Positions 18,004 to 27,704 of a stretch of 64,000 nt of DNA are shown here, in pieces; the first letter of the stretch is position 1; every line of letters starts with the position of its first letter. The notes beneath the pieces are model-generated. The model did not search any database, had not been told where the DNA came from, and saw only the letters and a list, made by a program, of their open reading frames with translations. The position numbers and the translations under genes were made by a program. Source of the DNA: a virus; the IMG/VR virus record IMGVR_UViG_3300005913_000002; one strand, given 5' to 3'.

Positions 18004-18870
18004 TTATTCGAAAAAATTTGAAGGATCGAAACTGATTGGATATTCAATAGTGTCTGTGTCAACACCTTGTGCTCGAATTTCATCGTTAACAGGTATAGTC
18101 AATGGTTTAATAGTGTTGATTTCTCTCAAGGCATCAATATGGTCTTTTACTTTACTAAAGGTAGCCTTGTCAACATTGTTCATAAACTCTTGAATGTGTT
18201 GTTGATTAGTAACTTGGCCGGCAGCAGAATCTACTTGGTAAACAGAATTATTGATAATTCCCACAGTCAATTGATTTAATTTAGCAAAACTGTTTTTAAA
18301 TGTTTCTAACTTTTGATCATCAGGAATACTATCGTCAGCAGCAAGTTGAATTAATTTCTGTGTTTCAAAAGTCTGTACAGCACTAGCACTCATTACACGA
18401 TAGTTAATAGGCTTTACATAAAGTGTAAGATCATCATTGATAGGCACAACGGGATCCCAAGTAATTTGAGCATTTAATTGATCTAATAACACTCGTAAAT
18501 CTAAAGAATAATCTGCTTCAAACTCTTTAATCACTAACGGTACATTCATCTTTTCGCCATATGTAGCAATACGAATAGCAATTAAGATAACATCTAAATC
18601 CAAGTTAGGACATGCCCATGCATTTTTAATATTAGGCATACAGTGCTGAATAACATCCACAACTGCCTGTCCATTCATTAATGCATCTGGAATTTTCAGT
18701 GCAAGTTCGTCTTGCGCAGTCATTGAAAATACAGGAAACTCTCCATTTTCAGAAACATCAATAGATCCGGCATCCCAATATTGTCCTCCGCTAGGTAAGC
18801 GAATGTAAATCTTAGGTTGTCTCATAAGATTCATTAATGGGTTTTGACTATTAGTCTGCTGTGGAACCAT
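18004..18870 (-). CDS. Baseplate hub assembly protein gp26-like / tail assembly chaperone
   Basis: RQPKIYIRLPSGG...MTAQDEL...DLDVILIAIRIATYGE is a gp26-type motif; GGAG RBS. Ends in a T-TTT-TTC slippery site. Confidence 0.7.
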   Translation of the reverse strand: MVPQQTNSQNPLMNLMRQPKIYIRLPSGGQYWDAGSIDVSENGEFPVFSMTAQDELALKIPDALMNGQAVVDVIQHCMPNIKNAWACPNLDLDVILIAIRIATYGEKMNVPLVIKEFEADYSLDLRVLLDQLNAQITWDPVVPINDDLTLYVKPINYRVMSASAVQTFETQKLIQLAADDSIPDDQKLETFKNSFAKLNQLTVGIINNSVYQVDSAAGQVTNQQHIQEFMNNVDKATFSKVKDHIDALREINTIKPLTIPVNDEIRAQGVDTDTIEYPISFDPSNFFE

Positions 18871-18883
18871 GTTTATATTCTCC

Positions 18884-18920
18884 GATAAATAACTGAGTAT
18901 AACTCAGTGTATTATTTATA
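18884..18920. promoter_or_regulatory. Overlapping opposed late promoters flanking a palindrome
   Basis: GATAAATA on plus (18884-18891), TATAAATA on minus (18920-18913), with ACTGAGT-ATA-ACTCAGT (18892-18908) between them. Confidence 0.65.
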
Positions 18921-18946
18921 TACGCATAGAACTTGGGATTTTAACT

Positions 18947-21097
18947 ATGGCAGACGTAACTGGTAGAATAGGTGACAACGAAGTCGAATTAAACAATGCG
19001 GCTACGGAAACAACCCTAAAGGCTTTGCTGCTAGCATCTGCTGGTTCCGTTAAAGAAATGAAGAAGTTGGCCAAACTTGCTGAAAAGGCAGGAATGGATG
19101 CTAGAGCAGTTGAACAAGCAGAACAAGCAGTTACTGCCCTGGGTAAGAACTCATCATTAAGTGCAGGCTCCTTACTTAAACTTAATCCTTTGTTCTACGG
19201 CCTTGGCAAAGGAGCACAATTTTTAGGAACTGTTGTAGGAGATGTTGCAGCCAGTGCATTTAAAACAGCAGGTAATCTAACAAACTTAGCCGGTTCATTA
19301 GTTGACGGAGCAGGTGCTGCCAGCGATCTAGCAGGTGCGTTTAAAGATTTGCCACTTGGTATTGGTCTAGTTGCAGGCGCATTTCAAAAGTTATTGCAGT
19401 TACAGGAAGCAGAATTAGAAACCTACAGACAACTTACTAAAGCAGGTGTTAACTTTGGTGGCTCACTGACTACTATTAGAGTTGAAGCATTATCGCTAGG
19501 ACTTACACTTGAACAATTTGGAACTGTTTTATCAAACAATTCTGTTGCATTGGCTAGTATGGGTGCAGGAGCAGAAGACGGTTCAAAGAATTTCGTAAGA
19601 TTAGCAAAAGATTTAAGAAATTCTCCTATGGGAGAACAATTGAGAGCACTAGGATTATCGGCAGAAGAAACTGCAAACGGATTAGCCAACTACATTAAAA
19701 TGACTGGCGGACGGACAGCAGACGAAATGCGTAATACTAAAGGGTTATCAGAGGCAGCAGGATCCTACATGAAACAACTCGACATGTTGGCTACTATAAC
19801 TGGTAAGAGTAGAGAAGAACAAGAAAAAGCCCTACAAGAAGCCCAACAAAATGCAGCGTTTGAAGCATACCTGCAGACATTAGATGAAGATGGTCGTAAA
19901 AAAGCAATGGCAGGCCTATCGCAAGCACTGGCAGTAGGCGGCAAAAGTGCAGTACAAAGTTTGCAAGCAAAGTTAATGAATTTGCCAGATATGACAGACG
20001 CATCGCAAACATTTAGAGCAACAATGGGCAATGCTGCTCAAGGTATAGATCGAATAGCATCTGACATACAAAATAGCGGTAAAACAATAGACGATGTTAA
20101 TCGTTCAGGCGCTGCTGCTATGGCAGGATCTTTTAAAGACATTAAACAGTTTGGAACTACATTAGTTAGTGCAATGAGTATGATGAGTGGACCAACTGCT
20201 GAAGCCATTATGACTGCACAGGCAAACTATAATAGAGCATTGAAGCAAGGTGCAAAATCGCAAGAAGATTTAATAAAACTGCAAAACGACGTTACAAAAG
20301 CACAAGACCGTGCTAAAACTGAAGCAGCCGCGGCAGCAGAATCAGAAAAAGCAATGAGAGATCTCGGAAGAGATGTCTATATGGCATTGCTTCCTGTTAT
20401 TAAAGATTTAACAAAGTTTGCAAATGATTTAGTACAAGACTTTAAAGGAATGTCCGGTAAAGTTTTGCCTGAGGTAGAAGCAGGACTAAGAAAAATTACA
20501 GATTGGATTAAAAGTTTTATCAATCCTGCAACTCGAGACAAGGCAATTAAAGATCTTACTGACGGGCTTACTGATATTTTATCAAAAGTATTCCAAGCAG
20601 TGTGGGATAAATTTAGTATATTTGGTAAAGCAGCACAAGAAGACCCTACTGTTATGCAACCTAATCAAGCACCGGCTGCGGCAAACGGAGCGGTGTTAAG
20701 CGGTCCAAGATCTGGATTTGATGCAATACTACACGGTACAGAAGCAGTAGTTCCTTTACCAGATGGTAGAACTATTCCTGTACAATTAGACATGTCTATG
20801 CCTAGTGCTACAAATTTCCAGCAGCCAGATATAGCAGGTCTAGTAGCAGAAATGCAAAAGACAATGAAATCACAACAGGCAAATCCTTTTGAAAAGTTTG
20901 AAAATTCTTTGGCAGAATTATTTGCACCGAAAGAAAATAACGAACCTGATGTTGTAGGTAAAAATTTACTTAGCGAACTACAAACGTTAAATAAGCAAAC
21001 AGCAGAAATGTTATCTTACGTTCGTGACACCGCAGACACAGGACGCAGAAGCATTGATGCATTAAGAGGATTATCCGGAAATTTATATCCGGTCTAA
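18947..21097 (+). CDS. Tape measure / baseplate hub gp29-like protein
   Basis: 716 aa, helical and rich in Ala/Leu/Gly/Gln; C-terminal LHGTEAVVPLP motif common in tape-measure tails; adjacent to the gp26/gp51-like pair. Confidence 0.65.
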   Translation: MADVTGRIGDNEVELNNAATETTLKALLLASAGSVKEMKKLAKLAEKAGMDARAVEQAEQAVTALGKNSSLSAGSLLKLNPLFYGLGKGAQFLGTVVGDVAASAFKTAGNLTNLAGSLVDGAGAASDLAGAFKDLPLGIGLVAGAFQKLLQLQEAELETYRQLTKAGVNFGGSLTTIRVEALSLGLTLEQFGTVLSNNSVALASMGAGAEDGSKNFVRLAKDLRNSPMGEQLRALGLSAEETANGLANYIKMTGGRTADEMRNTKGLSEAAGSYMKQLDMLATITGKSREEQEKALQEAQQNAAFEAYLQTLDEDGRKKAMAGLSQALAVGGKSAVQSLQAKLMNLPDMTDASQTFRATMGNAAQGIDRIASDIQNSGKTIDDVNRSGAAAMAGSFKDIKQFGTTLVSAMSMMSGPTAEAIMTAQANYNRALKQGAKSQEDLIKLQNDVTKAQDRAKTEAAAAAESEKAMRDLGRDVYMALLPVIKDLTKFANDLVQDFKGMSGKVLPEVEAGLRKITDWIKSFINPATRDKAIKDLTDGLTDILSKVFQAVWDKFSIFGKAAQEDPTVMQPNQAPAAANGAVLSGPRSGFDAILHGTEAVVPLPDGRTIPVQLDMSMPSATNFQQPDIAGLVAEMQKTMKSQQANPFEKFENSLAELFAPKENNEPDVVGKNLLSELQTLNKQTAEMLSYVRDTADTGRRSIDALRGLSGNLYPV

Positions 21098-21100
21098 ATT

Positions 21101-22777
21101 ATGTCTTGGAAAAAGTACTTCACCCCCGTTACAGTTAATGCTTCTGGCACAAAAAGTCCAATTAGCGGCGCAGACTCCGCATACGGACCTACCGGAAGCA
21201 AAGCAAATTATAGTTCATACTTGCCGGATGTCTATTCAGGACATCCAAATCGTATTGAAAGATATAATCAATACGATACTATGGATATGGATAGCGAAGT
21301 TAATGCTGCGCTAGATATTCTTGCAGAATTTTGTTCTCAAACTAACGACGAAAATTCTACACCATTTAACATCTTCTTTAAAGAACAGGCAACTCCTACA
21401 GAAGTTAAAATTATTAAACGATCATTGCAGCAATGGACTCGATTAAACAAGTTTCAAAAAAGAATTTTTAAAATTGTACGTAGTGCATTTAAATACGGAG
21501 ATTGTTTTTTTATTCGTGACCCGGAAACACGAGCATGGATGCATGTAGATCCTAGCAAAGTTGATAAAATTATTGTCAACGAAAGCGAAGGTAAAAAGCC
21601 TGAACAATATGTTGTTCGTGATATTAATCCGAACTTTATGAATCTAAGCTCAACTCAGATCAATGCTAACGCTACAAATGCTACTACTCCTACTGCGTAC
21701 AGTGGCGGCGGTAATAAAAATATGGTAGGATCTAGTCCTACCAATACTGGAAATAGATTTGGTGTAAATCAAAATCAATGGGCAATTGATGCAGAACATG
21801 TGGTACATTTGTCAATGAGCGAGGGAATGGACAATAATTTTCCGTTTGGAAATAGTCTATTAGAAAGCATTTTTAAAGTTTACAAGCAGAAAGAACTGCT
21901 TGAAGACGCTATTATTATCTATCGTATACAACGTGCGCCAGAGCGTAGAGTGTTTTATATTGATGTAGGTAATATGCCAAGTCACTTGGCAATGGGATTT
22001 GTTGAGCGTGTGAAAAACGAAGTAAATCAACGACGCATCCCAAGTGTAACTGGAGGAGGACAAAGCGTTGTAGATGCTAGTTACAATCCGTTAAGTATCA
22101 ACGAAGATTACTTTTTCCCACAAACTTCTGAAGGTAGGGGTTCTAAAGTTGAAGTTCTTCCAGGCGGTACTAACTTAGGAGAAATTGATGATCTTAGATA
22201 TTTTACTAATAAGTTGTTTCGTGCTCTACGCATACCTAGCAGTTATCTTCCGACCGGGCCTGACGACGGAGGATCTTCGTTCAATGATGGTAGAGTTGGA
22301 ACAGCATACATTCAAGAATTACGATTCAACAAGTACTGCGAGCGTCTCCAAAGTCTCTTAAACGAGAATTTTGATATTGAATTTAAAGATTACTTAATGC
22401 ATAAAGGCATTAACTTTGATCCTAATATATTTGAATTACAATTTAATCCACCACAAAACTTTGCTTCATACCGTCAAACAGAAATGGATACTGCAAGAAT
22501 TTCTAGTTATAGCGCAGTTATTGCAGTTCCTTTTATTAGCAAACGGTTTGCATTAAAACGATTCTTAGGTCTTTCATTAGAAGAAATGGCTGAGAACGAG
22601 GAAATGTGGAAAGAAGAAAATGGTCTATCTGCTAAACAAGTACCAGCAGCCGCTGAACTGCGTGGTGCAGGCATTACAGCAGGCGGAATGGATATAGATA
22701 CTGAAGATTTAAGTCAAGCAGAAGAAATACCTCCAGAAGATTTAGGTGGTGCAGAAACACTACCGCCGCAACAATAA
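21101..22777 (+). CDS. gp20: Portal vertex protein
   Basis: LLEDAIIIYRIQRAPERRVFYIDVGNMP, EDYFFPQ..EGRGSKVEVLPGG.NLGEIDDLRYF..KL.RAL.IP and ELRF.KY..RLQ are T4 gp20 hallmarks. Confidence 0.97.
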   Translation: MSWKKYFTPVTVNASGTKSPISGADSAYGPTGSKANYSSYLPDVYSGHPNRIERYNQYDTMDMDSEVNAALDILAEFCSQTNDENSTPFNIFFKEQATPTEVKIIKRSLQQWTRLNKFQKRIFKIVRSAFKYGDCFFIRDPETRAWMHVDPSKVDKIIVNESEGKKPEQYVVRDINPNFMNLSSTQINANATNATTPTAYSGGGNKNMVGSSPTNTGNRFGVNQNQWAIDAEHVVHLSMSEGMDNNFPFGNSLLESIFKVYKQKELLEDAIIIYRIQRAPERRVFYIDVGNMPSHLAMGFVERVKNEVNQRRIPSVTGGGQSVVDASYNPLSINEDYFFPQTSEGRGSKVEVLPGGTNLGEIDDLRYFTNKLFRALRIPSSYLPTGPDDGGSSFNDGRVGTAYIQELRFNKYCERLQSLLNENFDIEFKDYLMHKGINFDPNIFELQFNPPQNFASYRQTEMDTARISSYSAVIAVPFISKRFALKRFLGLSLEEMAENEEMWKEENGLSAKQVPAAAELRGAGITAGGMDIDTEDLSQAEEIPPEDLGGAETLPPQQ

Positions 22778-22795
22778 TTTGGAATAAATAGTATT

Positions 22796-23035
22796 ATGCT
22801 ACTAAACGAATTCATTTATTTTAACAAAGAAAGTGCAGATTTAGATTCTGACGATCGCTATGAACCATTAGATGACAGTAGTGTAATAACATCTAAAGAT
22901 ACTAGAAAAACTAGACTTACACTAAGGATGATAAACGATTTAAGAAAAGCAGGAGATGTAAGAGAAGCCGAACAAAAAGAACATCTTAAGTTTGTAAAAA
23001 TCATGTACGCTACACCTGTTGAACCTGCGGTATAA
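22796..23035 (+). CDS. Small head-module protein (gp67/gp68 position)
   Basis: Lies between the portal and core genes, preceded by AATAAATA (22783-22790); DTRKTRLTL..IN.LRK motif. Confidence 0.65.
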   Translation: MLLNEFIYFNKESADLDSDDRYEPLDDSSVITSKDTRKTRLTLRMINDLRKAGDVREAEQKEHLKFVKIMYATPVEPAV

Positions 23036-23209
23036 TAACTATCTATATAACTTTTTGAATTAGAATATTAAATATTTTAGTCAAAAATTCACACTATAAT
23101 CTCTTTTTTACCAAAAACGAGCCGTTTTTGGCCTGTTTCGCATAAGTATTAGCGCTTGGTTGTAAATATATAGGACAGCCTTGCCAATCTAATTAAAGGA
23201 GAACCCGCA

Positions 23210-24100
23210 ATGTCTAACAAGTTTGAAGAACTATTAGATCTTCTTGTCAACGAGGAAATGGATAAGGCAAATGAATTATTCCACGAAATCGTTGTAGAGA
23301 AGAGTAGAGAAATTTACGAAAATATGATTGCTGAAGAAGCAGAAGACGATGAAGAAGATGAAGACGACGCAGTAGAAGAAGCCATGGACGATGAAGACGA
23401 CATGGAAGAGTCTATTGAAGAAGAAACAACCCTAGAAATCGGCGGCGACGCTAGCGATGACTTTGTATCTGATGTCCAAGACGATGATGCAATGGGCATG
23501 GACAGTGATATGGCCGGCGATTTAGGCGACGAAGGCGAAGGTTCTGAAGAAGAACGTATTGCTGACTTAGAAGACGCACTAGAACAATTGAAAGCCGAGT
23601 TTGAACAACTAATGGCAGGCGAAGAAAACGAACCAGAACACGACGACATGGAAATGGACGACGAAGAAGGTGATGATGACATGGACGACGAAGAATCTGA
23701 TGACGAGGGAGAAAATCCTTTTGCTAAAGAAAGCGTTCGTGAATATGTTGAAAAAGTTTCCGACGGTCACGGAGTTGAGAAAAAAGGTCGTACAGACTCA
23801 CCAGACAATGGTAAGAGTCCAGTAAGTACTGCTAAAGGTAAGCCAACAACAGGCGCAACTGCACACAACATCTTAGGTAGCAAGTCTACTGAAGCAGGTG
23901 GCAAGGGCGGTCAAGGTCTAGTTGGTAATGTTAAAGGCGAATATACTAAAGGTGTTGAAAAGAACATCACAGGTAGCGCTAAAACAAAAATGCCACAAGG
24001 TAACACCCTAAGTAAAGTTGCCGCAGGTCATGGCGCAGAGAGAAAAGGTACTAGCGAAACTGGTGCTTATACTAAATCTCCTGCAGACCGAGCACAATAA
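23210..24100 (+). CDS. Highly acidic prohead core/scaffold-like protein
   Basis: AAGGAG RBS; Asp/Glu-rich N-terminal two thirds and a basic Gly-rich tail; lies directly before gp21. Confidence 0.7.
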   Translation: MSNKFEELLDLLVNEEMDKANELFHEIVVEKSREIYENMIAEEAEDDEEDEDDAVEEAMDDEDDMEESIEEETTLEIGGDASDDFVSDVQDDDAMGMDSDMAGDLGDEGEGSEEERIADLEDALEQLKAEFEQLMAGEENEPEHDDMEMDDEEGDDDMDDEESDDEGENPFAKESVREYVEKVSDGHGVEKKGRTDSPDNGKSPVSTAKGKPTTGATAHNILGSKSTEAGGKGGQGLVGNVKGEYTKGVEKNITGSAKTKMPQGNTLSKVAAGHGAERKGTSETGAYTKSPADRAQ

Positions 24101-24113
24101 TTAGGAAAATAGG

Positions 24114-24749
24114 ATGAAACAACTTTCATATCTAAGAGAGCATTTAAGTTTTGATCAGGCGAGAGTAGTCTTAGAGTCTGATGACAAGGACGGTAAGAAT
24201 CTATACTTGAAGGGAATTGCTATTCAAGGCGGTATCCGAAATGCCAACCAGCGGGTTTATCCAGTAAATGAGATTGCTAACGCTGTAAAAACTTTAAATG
24301 ATCAAATTCAGAGTGGTTATTCTGTTTTAGGTGAAGTTGATCATCCTGATGATTTAAAAGTAAATTTAGACCGTGTATCCCATATGATTACAGATATGTG
24401 GATGGACGGCCCAAATGGCTATGGAAAGATGAAAATCCTTCCTACCCCAATGGGTAACTTAGTTCGCACAATGCTTGAAAGCGGCGTAAAACTTGGCGTA
24501 AGTTCTAGAGGTAGCGGTAACGTTAATGAAGGTTCTGGCGAAGTAGCAGATTTTGAGATTATTACTGTTGACGTAGTTGCTCAACCAAGTGCTCCTGGTG
24601 CTTATCCTACACCTGTTTATGAACATATCATGAACATGCGTGGAGGTAACAAAGCATTTACAGTAGCGCAAGAAGTGAAAGAAGATCCAAAGGCCCAGAA
24701 GTATCTACGAGAGGCGATGCTTCATATTATTAACGGGTTAAAAACCTAA
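24114..24749 (+). CDS. gp21: Prohead maturation protease
   Basis: RNANQRVYP, GEVDHP, VSH, GVSSRG.G and D.VAQPSAPGAY are T4 gp21 family motifs. Confidence 0.95.
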   Translation: MKQLSYLREHLSFDQARVVLESDDKDGKNLYLKGIAIQGGIRNANQRVYPVNEIANAVKTLNDQIQSGYSVLGEVDHPDDLKVNLDRVSHMITDMWMDGPNGYGKMKILPTPMGNLVRTMLESGVKLGVSSRGSGNVNEGSGEVADFEIITVDVVAQPSAPGAYPTPVYEHIMNMRGGNKAFTVAQEVKEDPKAQKYLREAMLHIINGLKT

Positions 24750-24761
24750 GGAGACCAAAAA

Positions 24762-25865
24762 ATGTTGGACGCATTCAAACAATTGGTCGAAAGTGGCGTG
24801 ATGTCAGAAGACGTAAAGTCTGAGATTGAAGGCGCTTTTACCCAACGTATTCAAGAGAATCGCGACCAAGTCACTGCCGAACTTCGTGAAGAGTTTGCTC
24901 AAAAATACAGCCATGATAAGGCTGTTATGGTTGAAGCACTTGACAAGATGATCGGTGAGAGATTGGCCGCAGAAATGGCCGAGTTAGCAGAAGATAAGAA
25001 TGCCCTAGTGGAAGCAAAGGTTACTTATCAACGCAAAATGACAGGTGATGCTAAAATATTAGAATCATTTATCATGAAACAACTTGGTAAAGAATTAGTA
25101 GAATTCCAAAGCGATCGTGATAAAGTTGCTGAGAATTTTTCTAAGTTAGAGAACTTTATTGTAGGTGCTCTAGCAAGAGAAATCAACGAGTTTGCAATTG
25201 ACAAGCGTGATTTAGCAGAAACGAAAGTTAAGTTAGTCCGTGAAGCAAAAAACAAGTTTGGAGAAATCAAAGCGCAATTTATTAAGCGTAGTGCTGCAAT
25301 TGTTGAAAACACAGTTACTAAAAAATTAACTTCTGAGATGAAACAACTCAAAGAAGATATTGATAGTGCCCGTGAAAACGCATTTGGACGCCGCTTATTT
25401 GAAGCATTTGCTCAAGAGTTTGGTACAAGTTATCTAAACGAAAAATCTGAAACAAGTAAATTGTTGAAGGTTATCGAGAAGAAAGAACTTGAACTAGCAG
25501 AAGCAAGGGCTGCTGTTAATGAAAAAACACATTTAGTAGAATCTAAGGACCGCGAAATTCGTGTTGCCTATGATATTGCTAAACGTAAAGAAGTAATGGC
25601 AGAAATGCTAGCACCATTAGGTGCTGAGCAAAAAAGTATTATGAAAGAATTGCTAGAGTCTGTACAGACTGCAAAACTTAGTGATACTTTTGACAAATAC
25701 CTACCAGCAGTTATGGAAGGTGCAGTTAAGAAAACTACTAAGGTGCAAACCAAAGAAGTTATTACTGAAAGCACAGAAGTAACTGGAGACCGGGAACAAA
25801 AGACAGCCGAGGTAGGCTTAAAAGAAAACATCTTAGACATCCGCAAATTAGCGGGTCTAAAATAA
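24762..25865 (+). CDS. gp22: Prohead core scaffolding protein
   Basis: Coiled-coil Glu/Lys-rich protein between protease and major capsid protein; AAGGAG RBS. Confidence 0.8.
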   Translation: MLDAFKQLVESGVMSEDVKSEIEGAFTQRIQENRDQVTAELREEFAQKYSHDKAVMVEALDKMIGERLAAEMAELAEDKNALVEAKVTYQRKMTGDAKILESFIMKQLGKELVEFQSDRDKVAENFSKLENFIVGALAREINEFAIDKRDLAETKVKLVREAKNKFGEIKAQFIKRSAAIVENTVTKKLTSEMKQLKEDIDSARENAFGRRLFEAFAQEFGTSYLNEKSETSKLLKVIEKKELELAEARAAVNEKTHLVESKDREIRVAYDIAKRKEVMAEMLAPLGAEQKSIMKELLESVQTAKLSDTFDKYLPAVMEGAVKKTTKVQTKEVITESTEVTGDREQKTAEVGLKENILDIRKLAGLK

Positions 25866-25890
25866 ACTTAATTCAAGGAGAAGACATAAA

Positions 25891-27066
25891 ATGTCACAAT
25901 TATTAAACGAAAGATGGTCAGAGACCAAAGACGCTCTGCTTGAAGGCCTACAAGGTACCAAGAGATCCGTAATGGCAACAACTCTTGAGAATACTCGCAA
26001 GTATTTGGCTGAAAGCGCAACTGCTGGTGCAACAAGTTCCGGCAACATTGCAACATTAAACCGTGTTATTTTACCGGTTATCAGACGTGTTATGCCGACT
26101 GTTATTGCTAACGAAATCGTTGGTGTACAGCCTATGACAGGTCCAGTTGCACAAATTCACACTCTACGTGTTCGTTATGCTGATAGCGGCGACGGCATTG
26201 TAGCAGGTGACGAGGCATTAAGTCCATTCAAGATCGCTGCTGCTTATTCTGGTAACAACGTTGATGCAACTCCAAAGGCGCAAACAACTGCTGTTCTAGA
26301 AGGTCGGCCAGGCAAGCGTATGAGCATTCAAATCTTGAAAGCACCAGTTGAAGCGAAGACACGTAAGTTAAGCGCACGCTGGACTTTTGAGGCTGCACAA
26401 GATGCACAATCCATGCAAGGTATTGACATTGAAGCAGAAATTATGGCTGCTCTAGCACAAGAAATTACTGCTGAAATTGACCAAGAAGTACTAGCAAGTC
26501 TACGTTCTTTAGGTTCAGTTGAGCAGACATATGACCAGGCTGCTGTAAGTGGTACTGCTACATTTGTTGGTGATGAGCATGCTGCTTTAGCGATTCAAAT
26601 CAACCGTGTTGCTAACTTGATTGCTCAGCGTACACGTCGTGGTTCTGCTAACTGGGCAGTTGTATCTAACCAGGCTCTAACGATCCTTCAGTCTGCTACA
26701 ACTAGCGCATTTGCACGTACTACAGAAGGTACATTTGAAGCACCTACAAACACTAAGTTTGTTGGTACATTAAACAACAGCATGAGAATTTATGTTGATG
26801 CTTACATGAGTGATGCAGATGACAACAACCAAGTATTAGTTGGATACAAAGGTACAAGCGAAGCAGATGCTGCTGCGTTCTACTGCCCATATATTCCTCT
26901 AATGAGTTCTGGTGTTGTGCTAGATCCAGCAACATTCGAACCAGTAGTTGGCTTTATGACACGTTACGGATATGTTGAGTTAACAAACACAGCATCTTCA
27001 CTAGGTAACGCTGCTGATTACTTAGGTAAAGTTGCTATCACTAGCGCTAACGTAAGTTTCCGTTAA
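25891..27066 (+). CDS. gp23: Major capsid protein
   Basis: RRVMP..IANEIVGVQPMTGP, VEAKTRKL.ARWT.EAAQD, E.TAEIDQE and FYCPYIPL...DP.TFEP.VGF.TRYG. Confidence 0.97.
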   Translation: MSQLLNERWSETKDALLEGLQGTKRSVMATTLENTRKYLAESATAGATSSGNIATLNRVILPVIRRVMPTVIANEIVGVQPMTGPVAQIHTLRVRYADSGDGIVAGDEALSPFKIAAAYSGNNVDATPKAQTTAVLEGRPGKRMSIQILKAPVEAKTRKLSARWTFEAAQDAQSMQGIDIEAEIMAALAQEITAEIDQEVLASLRSLGSVEQTYDQAAVSGTATFVGDEHAALAIQINRVANLIAQRTRRGSANWAVVSNQALTILQSATTSAFARTTEGTFEAPTNTKFVGTLNNSMRIYVDAYMSDADDNNQVLVGYKGTSEADAAAFYCPYIPLMSSGVVLDPATFEPVVGFMTRYGYVELTNTASSLGNAADYLGKVAITSANVSFR

Positions 27067-27090
27067 TCTTTAATTAGATAAAAGGCAAAT

Positions 27091-27115
27091 AAAAACCCGC
27101 TTCGGCGGGTTTTTT
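27091..27115 (+). terminator. Rho-independent terminator after gp23
   Basis: AAAAACCCGC-TTCG-GCGGGTTTTTT: UUCG-capped stem with a U tract. Confidence 0.92.
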
Positions 27116-27211
27116 GTTAAATACAGTGTCATTAATCGTGCCTACACTTGAGTAGGACTTATGCAGAATTGACCCGCTGCGTAGACCTAGAACGTTTTAA
27201 AGGAGAAACAA

Positions 27212-27625
27212 ATGGGACGTCCAACTAACAAACGCTATTTTAGCGCAAATACAGATAATAATATTAAAGTTCAATTTCACAATGGTTCCGCTAGTGTTGC
27301 AGGATATATTGTAAAACAAAGAGGTAGTAAAACTTTTGTTTGCTCTGATGGTTCATTGCAAAAAACATGCAGATTAGTTGATAAAGCATCTGCTGCGATC
27401 GCTGCTGGCGAAATGACAATTACTTTTCAATTAGACGGCGGAAGTGCGGTACGTGCAGTTAAAATGGCCGGTCGTGTAATGACTGCTAATGACGGTGCTC
27501 GTTATCCGTGGAACTTTAGCGTATCTTCAATTGATGGAGCCGCCCGTGTTGAAGAAGCAGGCACATCTACAGTTGCTGTTACTACAGCAACAGGTACTAC
27601 AAACTTTGAAGGCGACGCAGAGTAA
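27212..27625 (+). CDS. Putative virion structural protein (possible capsid decoration)
   Basis: Has its own late promoter (TTAAATA 27117-27123), AAGGAG RBS and terminator; immediately after the capsid gene. Confidence 0.6.
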   Translation: MGRPTNKRYFSANTDNNIKVQFHNGSASVAGYIVKQRGSKTFVCSDGSLQKTCRLVDKASAAIAAGEMTITFQLDGGSAVRAVKMAGRVMTANDGARYPWNFSVSSIDGAARVEEAGTSTVAVTTATGTTNFEGDAE

Positions 27626-27643
27626 ATTACTTAGATGTAATTT

Positions 27644-27668
27644 AAAAAAGGGCTTCGGCCCTTTTCTT
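27644..27668 (+). terminator. Rho-independent terminator
   Basis: AAAAGGGC-TTCG-GCCCTTTTCTT. Confidence 0.88.
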
Positions 27669-27704
27669 ATTTACGGCTAAATATGTTAAAGGAATCTGAC
27701 CGCC

